This document shows, one piece after another, positions 9,611-18,814 of a DNA stretch of 32,000 nucleotides (position 1 is the stretch's first letter; each line of letters opens with the position of its first letter). The stretch is taken from assembly GCF_900095195.1 (NCBI RefSeq), contig NZ_LT606950.1, positions 937,207 through 969,206 of the forward strand. Reading direction: 5' to 3'. The position numbers and the translations under genes were made by a program. The notes beneath the pieces were generated by a model, which ran no database searches, was not told the DNA's origin, and saw nothing but the letters and a program-made list of their open reading frames with translations. This DNA is from Polynucleobacter necessarius. GTDB lineage: Bacteria; Pseudomonadota; Gammaproteobacteria; Burkholderiales; Burkholderiaceae.

Positions 9611-10198
9611 TATGACTGAACAATTCGAGAAATACATTGAACTCAATAATGTCGTTGTTCGGAGCAACGATCGCGTTATTCTAAATATCCCCCACGCCAC
9701 CATTCCGGCAGATCGCATTGCTGCCTGTATTGGACCAAATGGCGCAGGCAAAATACCCTACTCAAGCTTTTAGATGGCTTGATCAAGCCCGATTCAGGAT
9801 CGATCAACTACTCCTTTGTTACCAAGACAGCATTGGTTGCGCCAGTCTTTGAACTTGAGCTAATTGATGCGATGAAAAAATTACATCTGTCTGATGTTGA
9901 TTAAATTCTCGAATAATGTCTTCAACTTGTTCAGTAGCTTTAGGATCCAAGTTTGCTGTGGGTTCATCCAATAAAACTAAATTGGGCTTCTGGAGTAACG
10001 CCCTCCCCAGACAAAGCCTCTGTCGTTCACCCGCCGATAATTTATGCGCTGGACTATTGGCTAATCCGGACAATCCAATGCGCTGCATCACTCGATCAAC
10101 ATCGCTCTCAGTGATTTCCGAATCGGCATCTCGAACTAATGCCATATTGGTCCTTGCGGATGCCTTGATCATGGGGGTGTGGTGCAATACCAATCTGA
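9603..10198 (+). pseudogene. ABC transporter ATP-binding protein disrupted by a 1-nt deletion at Walker A and by inversion of its 3' two-thirds
   Basis: Walker A (GPNGAGK) and TLLKLLDGLIKPDSGSINYSFVTKTAL are on the plus strand, with a frame break at 9753-9754. The Q-loop region, the signature LSAGERQR, Walker B (LVLLDEPT) and the H-loop (SSH) are on the minus strand in ORF 9819-10193. Confidence 0.85.
9832..10194 (-). other. Inverted segment inside the ABC ATPase gene, bounded by the inverted 6-mers ATTGGT and ACCAAT
   Basis: ATTGGT lies at 9832-9837 and ACCAAT at 10189-10194. Re-inverting the interval gives the in-frame sequence ...YSFVTKTALVLHHTPMIKASARTNMALV... The frame then ends ...QVQRLAQPI-TGA at 10196-10198. 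Confidence 0.8.
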
Positions 10199-10205
10199 GT
10201 AAGGA

Positions 10206-10488
10206 TTATTTGGCTGCTGGTGCTGCTGCAGGCGCAGCTGCAGATACTGGCGATACAAATGGAGGAGGAGCAACGTAAGCCGCAGGAGCTTGTGTTCCAG
10301 CAACCTTGTAACGGTCTGCTACGCGATTCTGGGCTTGGCACAATGATATGCGCCACTCTATCTCCATAAGCAGTCTTCGCCTTGGCTAAAGCAGCTGCCT
10401 CAGCTTGCTCGGGGATAAGTGGAGGGAGTGCTGCCAGTGCAGTGGCGCCAATCAGCGAGCCGAGGAATAAAGCAATGGTATTTTTCAT
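10206..10488 (-). pseudogene. Small secreted Ala/Pro-rich protein downstream of FDH gamma; probable single frameshift
   Basis: AAGGA lies 8 nt upstream of the ATG at 10488. The signal peptide is MKNTIALFLGSLIGATALAA. After ...AKAKTAY the plausible continuation EIEWRISLCQAQNRVADRYKVAGTQAPAAYVAPPPFVSPVSAAAPAAAPAAK* is in another frame, with its stop at 10206-10208. Confidence 0.4.
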
Positions 10489-10498
10489 GGCATTGTCC

Positions 10499-11552
10499 TT
10501 ATTTATTGAGCTTGTCGTACCAGAGCTCATGGTGTTCTTTAGCCCAAGTGGCATCCACATATCCAGTTTTCATTCCATCTATTGAACCTTGCATGCCGAT
10601 GGTACCGATATAGATGTGCCCCATTGCCATCGCAGACATAAGAATCGCCGCGCTACTGTGAATGATATTGGCAATCTGCATCGTGCCACGAGTATATTCA
10701 ATCGTCATAAATGGCACGATCATGTCCAGCACGAAGCCCGGTGCGGAAATGACTAATCCCAAGAAAGTCATGCCGAACCAGAACCAGAACTTCTCACCCA
10801 TGTTGAAGAATCCAGCGGGCACATGCTTGCCACTAAAAATTCCGCCAAAGGACATGAGCCATTCCAAGTCACCCTTGCCTGGCAGATTTTTATGAGCAAA
10901 CAGCAAGAAGAAAACCAAAATACAAATTGTGAATACTGGGCCAGTAAAGTTGTGAATATTTTTGCAAACATTCAAGAAGGAGCCATAAGCCATTCCGCCC
11001 ATTAAAGGCATTGCAAAATATTTTCCATACAAGATCAGTAAGCCAGTAATAGCAAGCGCCAAGAAGCTAAATGCCATCAACTAGTGAACCAAACGGTCGA
11101 ACGCGCTAAATCGCTTGATTTTGACACCCGATAATGGCTCGTGCAGCTTGATAGAACCTTTGATGGTGTACATCGCGATAATGCCGAAGAAGGCAATCGC
11201 CAGTAACCAACCACCGTAAACAGTGATTACGCCATTACGAATCACACGCCACTCTTGACCGGAGCGCTGAATTAAAACGCTAGCCTCTTTGTCTGGAATG
11301 CTGACGTAGTTGTATGGATCGCTATTAGCTGTCGTAAAAATCGATGGATTGGCTGGTTGAGCCTGCGCTTGCGTGCCATTCGCTAACGCATTCGGATTGG
11401 CTGGCGCCGACAAGGGAGGGACATCCACTCCGCTTGGCGATGGCAGAGGAGCCATTGGCGCGCGCTCAGCATAACCAACGCTAGCAAGGCGTAAGCGACA
11501 GTCCTGCGGCCAATATTAGAGTGCGTAGAACCCTAGAAAATGATTGTTTCAT
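10499..11552 (-). pseudogene. fdhC: Formate dehydrogenase cytochrome b (gamma) subunit with 1 frameshift and 1 nonsense codon
   Basis: The signal peptide MKQSFSRVLRTLILAAGLS starts at ATG 11552 and shifts frame at about 11490-11495 into LRLASVGYAERAPMAPLP... The motif RFSAFDRLVH is followed by TAG (11081-11083), where the family has HW. The sequence then continues LMAFSFLALAITGLLILYGK...HIYIGTIGMQGS. Confidence 0.85.
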
Positions 11553-11598
11553 ACACATATCCTTAAATGTTTTGCTTTATTTATTGTTATTTGGATGA

Positions 11599-11835
11599 TC
11601 ACTTAATACGGCTGTATTCATTTTGACCATGAGTGCGCTTATCGGTCGACTCAGTCCAGCTAACTTGATCGCCTGGCGTCCAATTCTTGGTCATAAAGCC
11701 ATTATTTGCACCCATATAAGGAGCAACGTCTGGTCGCTTAGCAGTCTTCGCAGCAATTTCAGGCGGCTCAGAGCACGCAGCCAACAAAGCCCCTGCTGCT
11801 AGGCACATACCGAGAGTTTTGAAATTCACTTTCAT
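11599..11835 (-). CDS. Small lipoprotein encoded between the FDH beta and gamma genes
   Basis: MKVNFKTLGMCLAAGALLAAC contains the lipobox LAAC. The 78-aa ORF is intact. Its ATG overlaps the stop of the beta gene (TAATG). Confidence 0.6.
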   Translation of the reverse strand: MKVNFKTLGMCLAAGALLAACSEPPEIAAKTAKRPDVAPYMGANNGFMTKNWTPGDQVSWTESTDKRTHGQNEYSRIK

Positions 11836-12491
11836 TATTTCGCTCCTGAAATTTTTGCGGCTGGAGTTGGAGTTGGCGCAGGAGTATCCGGACCACCATA
11901 TGCTGTAGTCCAACCAAATGCCTTAGAGCCAGGATACTTGCCGTTCTTCTCGCGATTTGCAACACGCTGATTGAAGATTCCGGAGATGATATCGCTATCA
12001 CCACCAATTGGCGCCTTGGTAGAACACATCTCGGCACAGAGTGGCAATTTACCCTCAGCTAAACGATTGCGACCATATTTTTCAAATTCCGCAACGCTAC
12101 CGTTCTCTTCTAGACCACCGCTACAGAATGTGCACTTATCCATTTTGCTACGTGATCCAAAAGCGCCTTTGCTTTGGAACTGAGATGCATCAAATGGGCA
12201 TGCAAATGAGCAGTAGCCGAAACCGATACAAATATCTTTGTCATGTAGCACCACGCCCTCATCGGTGCGGTAGAAACAATCAACTGGACATACGGCCATA
12301 CAAGGTGCATCTGTACAGTGCATACATGCTACCGAAACCGATTTTTCTTGGCCAATGATGCCATCGTTTACCGTGACGACACGGCGACGATTAACGCCCC
12401 AAGGCACTTCGTTATCATTCTTACACGCGGTCACACATCCGTTGCACTCGATGCATCGCTCTGTGTCGCAAATAAATTTCATTCTTGCCAT
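11835..12491 (-). CDS. fdhB: Formate dehydrogenase iron-sulfur (beta) subunit; the ORF is intact but one cluster-ligand Cys is replaced by Phe
   Basis: 218-aa ORF with an AGGAGA ribosome-binding site. Its ferredoxin motifs are CIECNGCVTAC, CMHCTDAPCMAVCP and CTFC...CAEMC. The third motif reads CIGFGYCSFACP instead of CxxCxxCxxxCP; the Phe codon is at 12219-12221. Confidence 0.8.
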   Translation of the reverse strand: MARMKFICDTERCIECNGCVTACKNDNEVPWGVNRRRVVTVNDGIIGQEKSVSVACMHCTDAPCMAVCPVDCFYRTDEGVVLHDKDICIGFGYCSFACPFDASQFQSKGAFGSRSKMDKCTFCSGGLEENGSVAEFEKYGRNRLAEGKLPLCAEMCSTKAPIGGDSDIISGIFNQRVANREKNGKYPGSKAFGWTTAYGGPDTPAPTPTPAAKISGAK

Positions 12492-12517
12492 TGTGTTCTC
12501 CTGACTTTATTTTTTAC

Positions 12518-15397
12518 TTAGGCAAATTTCTCGATTTGACACATAGTGGTCTTGGTCTCCTGCATCATGGACACTTGGTCACAACCATATGTCGTTGCAG
12601 TATTCACCGCCTCACCTAGCACCACTGGAGCCGCACCATCTGGATGGTACTTACGCAGATCGTTGCCTTGCCACCAGCCCGCAAAGTGGAATGGCCCCCA
12701 AAGCAGTTCCTTGATCAACGCGCTCTGTTACCAAAGCACGCACTTTGATCTTGGCACCAGTCGGTGACTTAACCCAAACGTAATCCCAGTTCTTAATGCC
12801 ACGGTCTGCTGCGGCCTTGGGATTGATCTCCACAAAGTTTTCTTGTTGGAGTTCTGCCAACCATGGATTAGAACGAGTCTCGTCTCCACCACCCTCGTAC
12901 TCAACCAAGCGACCAGAGGTCAAGATTATTGGGAACTTCTCATACAACTTCTGATTCAAGTTCTGATCTTGAACAGTCTTATGGAGTGTTGGCAAGCGCC
13001 AGAAGTTCTTCTTATCCGCTGAAGTTGGGTGCTTACGCATCATTGGTGCGTTTGTGCTGTAAAGCGCTTCGCGGTGAATTGGAATTGGATCCGGGAAGCT
13101 CCAAACAATCGCGCGTGCTTTGGCGTTGCCAAATGGATGGCAATCATTTTTCATCACAACGCGTTGGATACCACCGGATAAGTCGGTTTTCCAGTTCTTA
13201 CCTTCAGCAAGCTTTTTCTCTTCATCGGTTAATTGATCCCACCAGCCGAGTTTTTTCACGAACACGTGATCAAACTCTGGATAACCCGTCTGAATCGCTG
13301 ATCCCTTAGAACAGGAACCATCGCCCGCCAACAAGCTGACACCGTCACGCTCCACACCAAAGTTCGCACGGAAGTTGCCGCCACCCTACATCACACTCTT
13401 GCTGGTGTCATAAAGGTTTGGTGAGCCTGGATGTTTGATAGCAGCCGTTCCATAGTAAGGCCAAGGCAAGCCGTAGTAGTCACCTGTAGTGTCGTATCCC
13501 GTTACAGGATCAACACCGCCACGTGCTTTAAGAGTCTTCGGATCAAATGTAGCCACCATTCTCATGTGCGCTTTGAGACGCTCAGGGGTCTGGACCGGTG
13601 TAACCAATCGTCCAAACAGAGCGGTTGATCTCACGCAAGATATCTTCAATTTGTGGCTCTCTCCATTGTTTGCCAGCAAACTTTGAATTAAGCATCTTGT
13701 AATTTTTAGACAGCTCTTCACCAAATCCAAGACGATCGGCAAAAGCTTGCATGATCACATGATCGGGCACTGATTCGAACAATGGATCAATGACTTTTTC
13801 ACGCCACTGTAGTGAACGATTTAATGCGGTTGCGGAACCGCAGGTTTCGAGCTGCGTCGTAGCAGGTAATAAGTAAACATTGCGATTCTTATTAACAGCT
13901 TGACCTTCGGCAGGTGGCATTGCAGCCATCGCAGCTGTAGCGCTTGGATACGGATCTACGACAACGAGCAAATCCAATTTATCCATCGCACGCTTCATAT
14001 CCAGACCACGGGTCTGTGAGTTTGGCGCATGACCCCAGAAGAACAACCCTTTGACGGTTGTCTGCTGATCAATCATATCGTTCTTTTCGAGAACAGCGTC
14101 CACCCAACGAGATACTGTAGTGCCTGACTTCTCCATCATGTTTGGAGCGTAGCGACCCTTGATTTAGTCGTAGTCAACACCCCAAACGGTTGCGTAGTGC
14201 TTCCAGGATCCAGCCGCTAAACCATAGTAGCCTGGTAATGAGTCTAGATTAGGACCAACGTCGGTTGCACCTTGAACGTTATCGTGACCACGGAAAATAT
14301 TTGTACCACCGCCAGACTTGCCAACGTTACCTAATGCCAACTGCAAGATGCAGGATGCACGCACCATCGAGTTACCAATTGTGTGCTGTGTTTGACCCAT
14401 ACACCATACGATGGTGCTTGGACGATTCTTCGCCATCGTCTCTGCAGCTTTGTACATTTGCACCTCTGGAACACCGCACGCTTCTTCTACCGCAGCAGGC
14501 GTCCACTTCTCCATCACCTCTTTACGGGCAAGATCGAAGTGAAGAGGTCTATCTGTACACACTGTTCCGTGGGTTGCACGGTAGATGCTACTGTTGAGAA
14601 TGGTGTATGGGTACGTCAAGACGCAGTATTTGATTCCCCAAATAATTTGGGCGCACACTGCGCTAAAGGCGCGGCGTTACGTGAACATGGTCATGGCGAC
14701 TATCGTTTACGTTACCCAATGAAGTTGGTTGATGGAAAGTATCAACGTATTTCTTGGGACCAAGCGCTCACAGAAATCACAGCGCAGATGAAGAATATTC
14801 GTGAGAAATACACTCCAGATGCAATGTTCTTTATTGGATCATCCAAACATAACAACGGACAGGCCCACTTACTCCATAAGTTGGTCTCTTTCTTTGGAAC
14901 CAACAATACAGATCACCAGGCGCGTATCTGTCACTCAACCACAGTCGCTGGTGTTGCTAACACCTGGGGCTATGGTGCGATGACCAATAGCTACAACGAC
15001 ATGATGAATGCCAAAGCGGCACTCTATATTGGTTCGAATGCTGCTGAGGCTCACCCGGTATCGATGCTGAGCTTATTGCATGCCAAAGAAAATGGTTGCA
15101 AAGTTATCGTGGTCGACCCACGATACACCCGTACTGCGGCCAAATCTGATCAATACATTCGTATTCGTTCCGGTACTGACATTCCATTCTTGTTTGGTCT
15201 CCTGTATCACATCTTCAAAAATGGTTGGGAAGATAAGAAGTATATCAATGATCGCGTTTACGGCATGGAAGAGATCCGTACCGTCCAACATGGCTTTGCT
15301 TGGTTCGGCAACAGTTCTGCACTAGGCTCAACTGACTCGCTGCGATACCGGCACCAACGCCAACGCCAGAGCGTTTCAAGAATGTGCGTCGATCCAT
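12518..15397 (-). pseudogene. fdhA: Formate dehydrogenase catalytic (alpha, molybdopterin) subunit with 3 frameshifts, 2 nonsense codons and a 758-bp internal inversion
   Basis: The Tat signal MDRRTFLKRSGVGVGAGIAAS starts at 15397 on the minus strand. The Fe-S and active-site region, KIEVKRSICTHCSVGC...HQARICHSTTVAG...VVDPRYTRTA, is on the plus strand (14527-15279). The remainder is on the minus strand, broken at TAA 14164-14166, TAG 13386-13388, about 13595, the C5 run at 12695-12699, and about 15320. Confidence 0.9.
14523..15280 (+). other. Inverted segment inside fdhA, bounded by the inverted 5-mers TACGG and CCGTA
   Basis: TACGG lies at 14523-14527 and CCGTA at 15276-15280. Re-inverting the interval joins ...AEPSKAMLDG-TGKIEVKRSIC... 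at one end. At the other end it joins ...YGMEEIR-KEVMEKWTPAAVEEACG... Both joins are in frame. Confidence 0.85.
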
Positions 15398-15559
15398 TGT
15401 TGGTACCGCCGCTTTTGAACCACGCGACAAGCTACCGATGAGGCGAGAAGTTGTACGACTACTTTATGAGGTATTGGATTTACGAGTCAGACTCATATGT
15501 TGTCCCTGAGAAAGTTTTTTGTTATGAATGATGTATTCGATTAATGAAGAGATTGCGAC

Positions 15560-15779
15560 TTAGATCATGGTGGTTTCGCAAAACTTACGCATGTGCGCAG
15601 TCATTGTTTGACCTTCGCTCTTCTCTTTTGTCGTTCTGCTGATTTCTTGGATCACTGCTTTGCCTACGGCAGTTTGTGAAACCACTTACTGCGCCAACTG
15701 CAGCGCTTGCGCCAAAAAAGAACTTACGACGTGATGGCTTGGCCTCTTCACTTGAAATCACGGTGGATTTTGTGCTCAT
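15560..15779 (-). pseudogene. Small 'formate dehydrogenase region TAT target' protein with 1 frameshift
   Basis: The twin-arginine N-terminus MSTKSTVISSEEAKPSRRKFFFGASAAVGAVSG is in one frame. The family-like C-terminus ...KSEGQTMTAHMRKFCETTMI* (stop 15560-15562) is in another. The shift is near 15680. Confidence 0.6.
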
Positions 15780-15915
15780 GGCATGAGCCTTTAATGGTTA
15801 TTCTTGATATGAGTCAAGTTTAATCACTTATTGCACTTTTGACGTATCGTTATAACAATAATTTGATAAGGGTTTTCCGCCGAAATTCAGGGCTCACATA
15901 TGTTGCAACGCAACA

Positions 15916-16548
15916 TCAAATCATGTCAAAGCTTTGCCCTTCAATTGCCAAAAATTCTCGTGTCAGAGCGGCAATCGGGTGATAGAGATGCATCTGGGGA
16001 ATATTTTCTATTGCATCGCACAATTCGTCGTACCAGGGGCGAATGTGCTCATTGAAAAAAATCCGCTGGTTGGTCAGGTTAGATACCTCGACATCATCGC
16101 TAGCAATTAAGTACCGCATCACCTCGCATAGGGAAGAAATGTGGTCTTCGGTTTCGGTAACTTCATCGGCAGACTCTAGGCCAAACTCCTCTAACGCTTT
16201 GCGAATATTGACTAAAGGCCTCTCGTTAAGGTGGCCCGCCATATAAAAGGAGCCATTCAGGACTATATTGGGTTTGCCGATGCTTATAAAGTTCGTATCG
16301 AATTCTTCCTTCCAGGCGCTGGCAGGATGATCTTTAGTCACTTCCACCACATTCATCCAAGCCTTTGCTAAGGGCGCCTCGTCACTGGAGTCCTGCTGGT
16401 TGGCAGTCGCGGCAATTTGATCCAGTAATTCCTGATCTGGCGGTAAGTGGGAGAATCGAGCAATCAACCCATACAAATCAGCCCTGGCTAGATCCTCAGG
16501 CAATCCAACATCACCCACCTCAGTGGCAGCAGTCTCTTTTTCACTCAT
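15916..16548 (-). CDS. TorD/DmsD-family redox enzyme maturation chaperone (FDH-associated)
   Basis: Intact ORF of about 210 aa starting MSEKETAATE. Its ATG overlaps the upstream TGA (ATGA). It has an acidic helical composition and sits in the usual family position upstream of the FDH genes. Confidence 0.65.
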   Translation of the reverse strand: MSEKETAATEVGDVGLPEDLARADLYGLIARFSHLPPDQELLDQIAATANQQDSSDEAPLAKAWMNVVEVTKDHPASAWKEEFDTNFISIGKPNIVLNGSFYMAGHLNERPLVNIRKALEEFGLESADEVTETEDHISSLCEVMRYLIASDDVEVSNLTNQRIFFNEHIRPWYDELCDAIENIPQMHLYHPIAALTREFLAIEGQSFDMI

Positions 16549-18634
16549 AACTCTTTTTTCACCATATCCACAACGCGACAATCGCCACACATCTTTAGCC
16601 TATCCATAGCTGCACCTGCAAAAGCGCCGTGTGCCCCGAGTTTGGCCAGCATCAAATCCACCATCTTGGCCGTTCCAAATGGTTTGCCGCAACTAATGCA
16701 ATGAAACGCTTGGGTTTGATTGAGTGTCACTTTTTGTTTTCGCCGCTCTACCTTTTGCAGGCGAGGCTGCAGAGCAAGCGCACTCTCTGGGCAAGTTTGC
16801 ACACAGATACCGCACTGAACACACTGTTTCTCAATAAAGGACAAAATGGGCTCATCAGGGTTATCAATCAACACGCCTTCTGGGCAACCGCTCACGCAAG
16901 ACATACACAGGGTGCAGGCATCGGCATTAATCGCTAGACCACCCAATAGTGAGTTCTTGGGTAAACCAACGCCTTCTTCAGGTAATGGTGTCTTGGCTTG
17001 CTTTTGCAAATGTTCGAGTACAGCCTTGAGTGTTTCCCGTTTTTGATTGGAGAATCCAAAGCTTGCAGAGGCGCGCAAATGGCGTTGAGCGCTTCCCGTT
17101 GACGCAAAGCGCCCATCGCTTTTGATACTGCCGACAAATCATCTGGGGCATCTGCCATCACCAAGTAAATGCGCTCATCAAAGCCGTAGGCTTTCAGAAC
17201 AGAGTTGGCTAATTTGGCTTGCGACTCCAAGGCATCACGGTAGGCAGGATCTTCGTCACCACTCAATAGCAACACCACCTCCGCAAAACCATAAGTCAGC
17301 GCGCCTAACCAAAGCTCTAATCCAGTGGAGGCAATATGCTCAATTCCATATGGCAACACAAATGCTAGGAGATTTTCAAATTGCCTAGGAGACACATGCG
17401 CCAGACGACCAACGCTATCAATCACTTGAGTGCCGGTTTTTAAGGTATGTAGAAGCAAGCTGGGGGCGGTAGTGCGATTTTGCTTTTAGCTTCCGCTGTA
17501 TAGGCAGTAGCGAATGTTTTGAGTTCTTTACCCTGATGAGAAACGCTCGGATAGTTGTAGCGCATTGCTCCAGATGGGCATACGGTTGAGCAAGCACCAC
17601 ATCCCATACATAAATTGGGATTTACTTCAACATTGCCTTGCCCATTCTTAAATACAGATTTGATTGCACCAGTTGAGCAAACATCGATACAGACGCTACA
17701 CCCTACTTTGCCATTGCGACCATGCACACAAATTTTTCGTTGTAGACAAAGTATTTTGGCTTTTCAAATTCGCCTACCATCTCTAATAACTGATTGATCG
17801 CGAGTGCCTGATCCAATGGATCATTGCCAGGCGCAAATATCCTTGCGGCGTCTGTGTCATTCGCATTGTTGGATCAGCACGCAAATCTAAAATCAGATCA
17901 AACTCGGCCTCACGCTGACGCTCAACCCGATCAAATGCGATGGCACCAATACTTGCGCATGCAGTAATGCAAGTGCTATGTGATTTGCACTTTTCTAAAT
18001 AAATCTGGAAGGAGAAATCAATCGCATTTTCAGGACAAGCCTCTACACAAACGCCGCACCGAGTGCACATCTCAGGGTCTATTGGATTTTGCAATTCCCA
18101 ATCGACCGAAAAGCTTCCTAGGTAGCCATCAGGTTTTGGCACCGCCCCCGTGTAAATCGGGTAATTACGAGCAATAGGCAAATCACTGGGCTCCGTGCAG
18201 AGTACTGAAACATCTAAAGCACTTGCTACTTTTTCCGCCAAGGGGATAGCTTGCAAACCGGGACCAATAATCAATAGGCGTCCTTGACTAGCGTAGTTCA
18301 TCACTGGAACAGGCTCGGCATCAGGCGTATCCGCCAAAGCCAACAGAGCTGCAATTTTTGGACCTGAGTTTTTTGCTTCCTGTGTCCAACCCGCCACTTC
18401 ACGAATATTCACAAAACGTAGAGGCGCAACCAATGGCTTATCAGATTGTTCTGCAAGCTCAGAAAATAATGCTGACTCTTGGGTGCAAGCCACTACTAAC
18501 TCTTCAGAGCTGTCGAGTGCCTTAATAAAAGTACCAACCTCTTGACGACATAAAGACTGATGCACTGAAACACCCAATGCCTTTGCATCCAAAGGCATGG
18601 TGCCATTACAGTTACATACTAATTTTTGACTCAT
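16545..18634 (-). pseudogene. Large multi-[4Fe-4S] ferredoxin-domain protein of the FDH accessory cluster with 4 frameshifts
   Basis: The protein lies in four consecutive minus-strand ORFs in different frames (17783-18634, 17440-17727, 16934-17458, 16545-17078). The cluster motifs are CTRCGVCVEACP, CSVCIDVCS, CMGCGACSTVCP, CTLCMSCVSGCP and CVQCGICVQTCP. The shifts lie at about 17835-17837, 17734-17738, about 17460 and about 17080. Confidence 0.85.
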
Positions 18635-18814
18635 GAAGAACCTTCTTAGGTTTTTTTCTGATCCGACTTAATCTGCTCGCTATTCACGTTTGCAGATTTT
18701 TCTATCTCTAATAATGATGGGGATGTTAAATTACTTTTAGAGGATTGCTCCAAACCAGGCGGATTTGGCGATACCTCAGAGGAGGATCGGGAGATTGATT
18801 GCCCTCCTTCTGAC

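Noticed and set aside
10108-10560. A 150-aa minus-strand ORF with a Cys/Ser-rich tail (SSCGLRCSSSICIASICSCACSS)
   Set aside because: It is a read-through artefact. It begins antisense to nothing conserved, then contains the small secreted protein start at 10488. It continues in the wrong frame past that gene's frameshift into the inverted ABC segment.
11081-14166. In-frame stops in the FDH genes as possible selenocysteine or programmed read-through codons
   Set aside because: The stops are TAG (11081, 13386) and TAA (14164), not TGA. The active-site residue is encoded by a Cys codon, TGT at 14929-14931 (ARICHSTTV), so this is a Cys-type enzyme. The stops sit at ordinary conserved positions, for example HW becoming H-stop.
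15031-15039. GGTTCGAAT, a tRNA T-loop-like motif
   Set aside because: It lies inside the conserved fdhA coding sequence (YIGSNAAEAHP). I could not find a flanking acceptor or anticodon stem.
9832-15280. The two inversions as phase-variable invertible switches
   Set aside because: The inverted repeats are only 5-6 bp. No invertase or recombinase gene is nearby. Both host genes carry additional inactivating lesions, and the inverted segments are coding interior rather than promoters.
14383-15441. A 352-aa plus-strand ORF that could be taken for an independent gene
   Set aside because: Its core (14527-15279) is the inverted N-terminal third of fdhA. Both flanks are antisense read-through of the minus-strand fdhA sequence.
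15900-15916. The palindrome ATGTTGC-aac-GCAACAT just downstream of the TorD-like gene
   Set aside because: The 7-bp arms have no T-run and no recognisable operator context. It is too weak to call a terminator or binding site.
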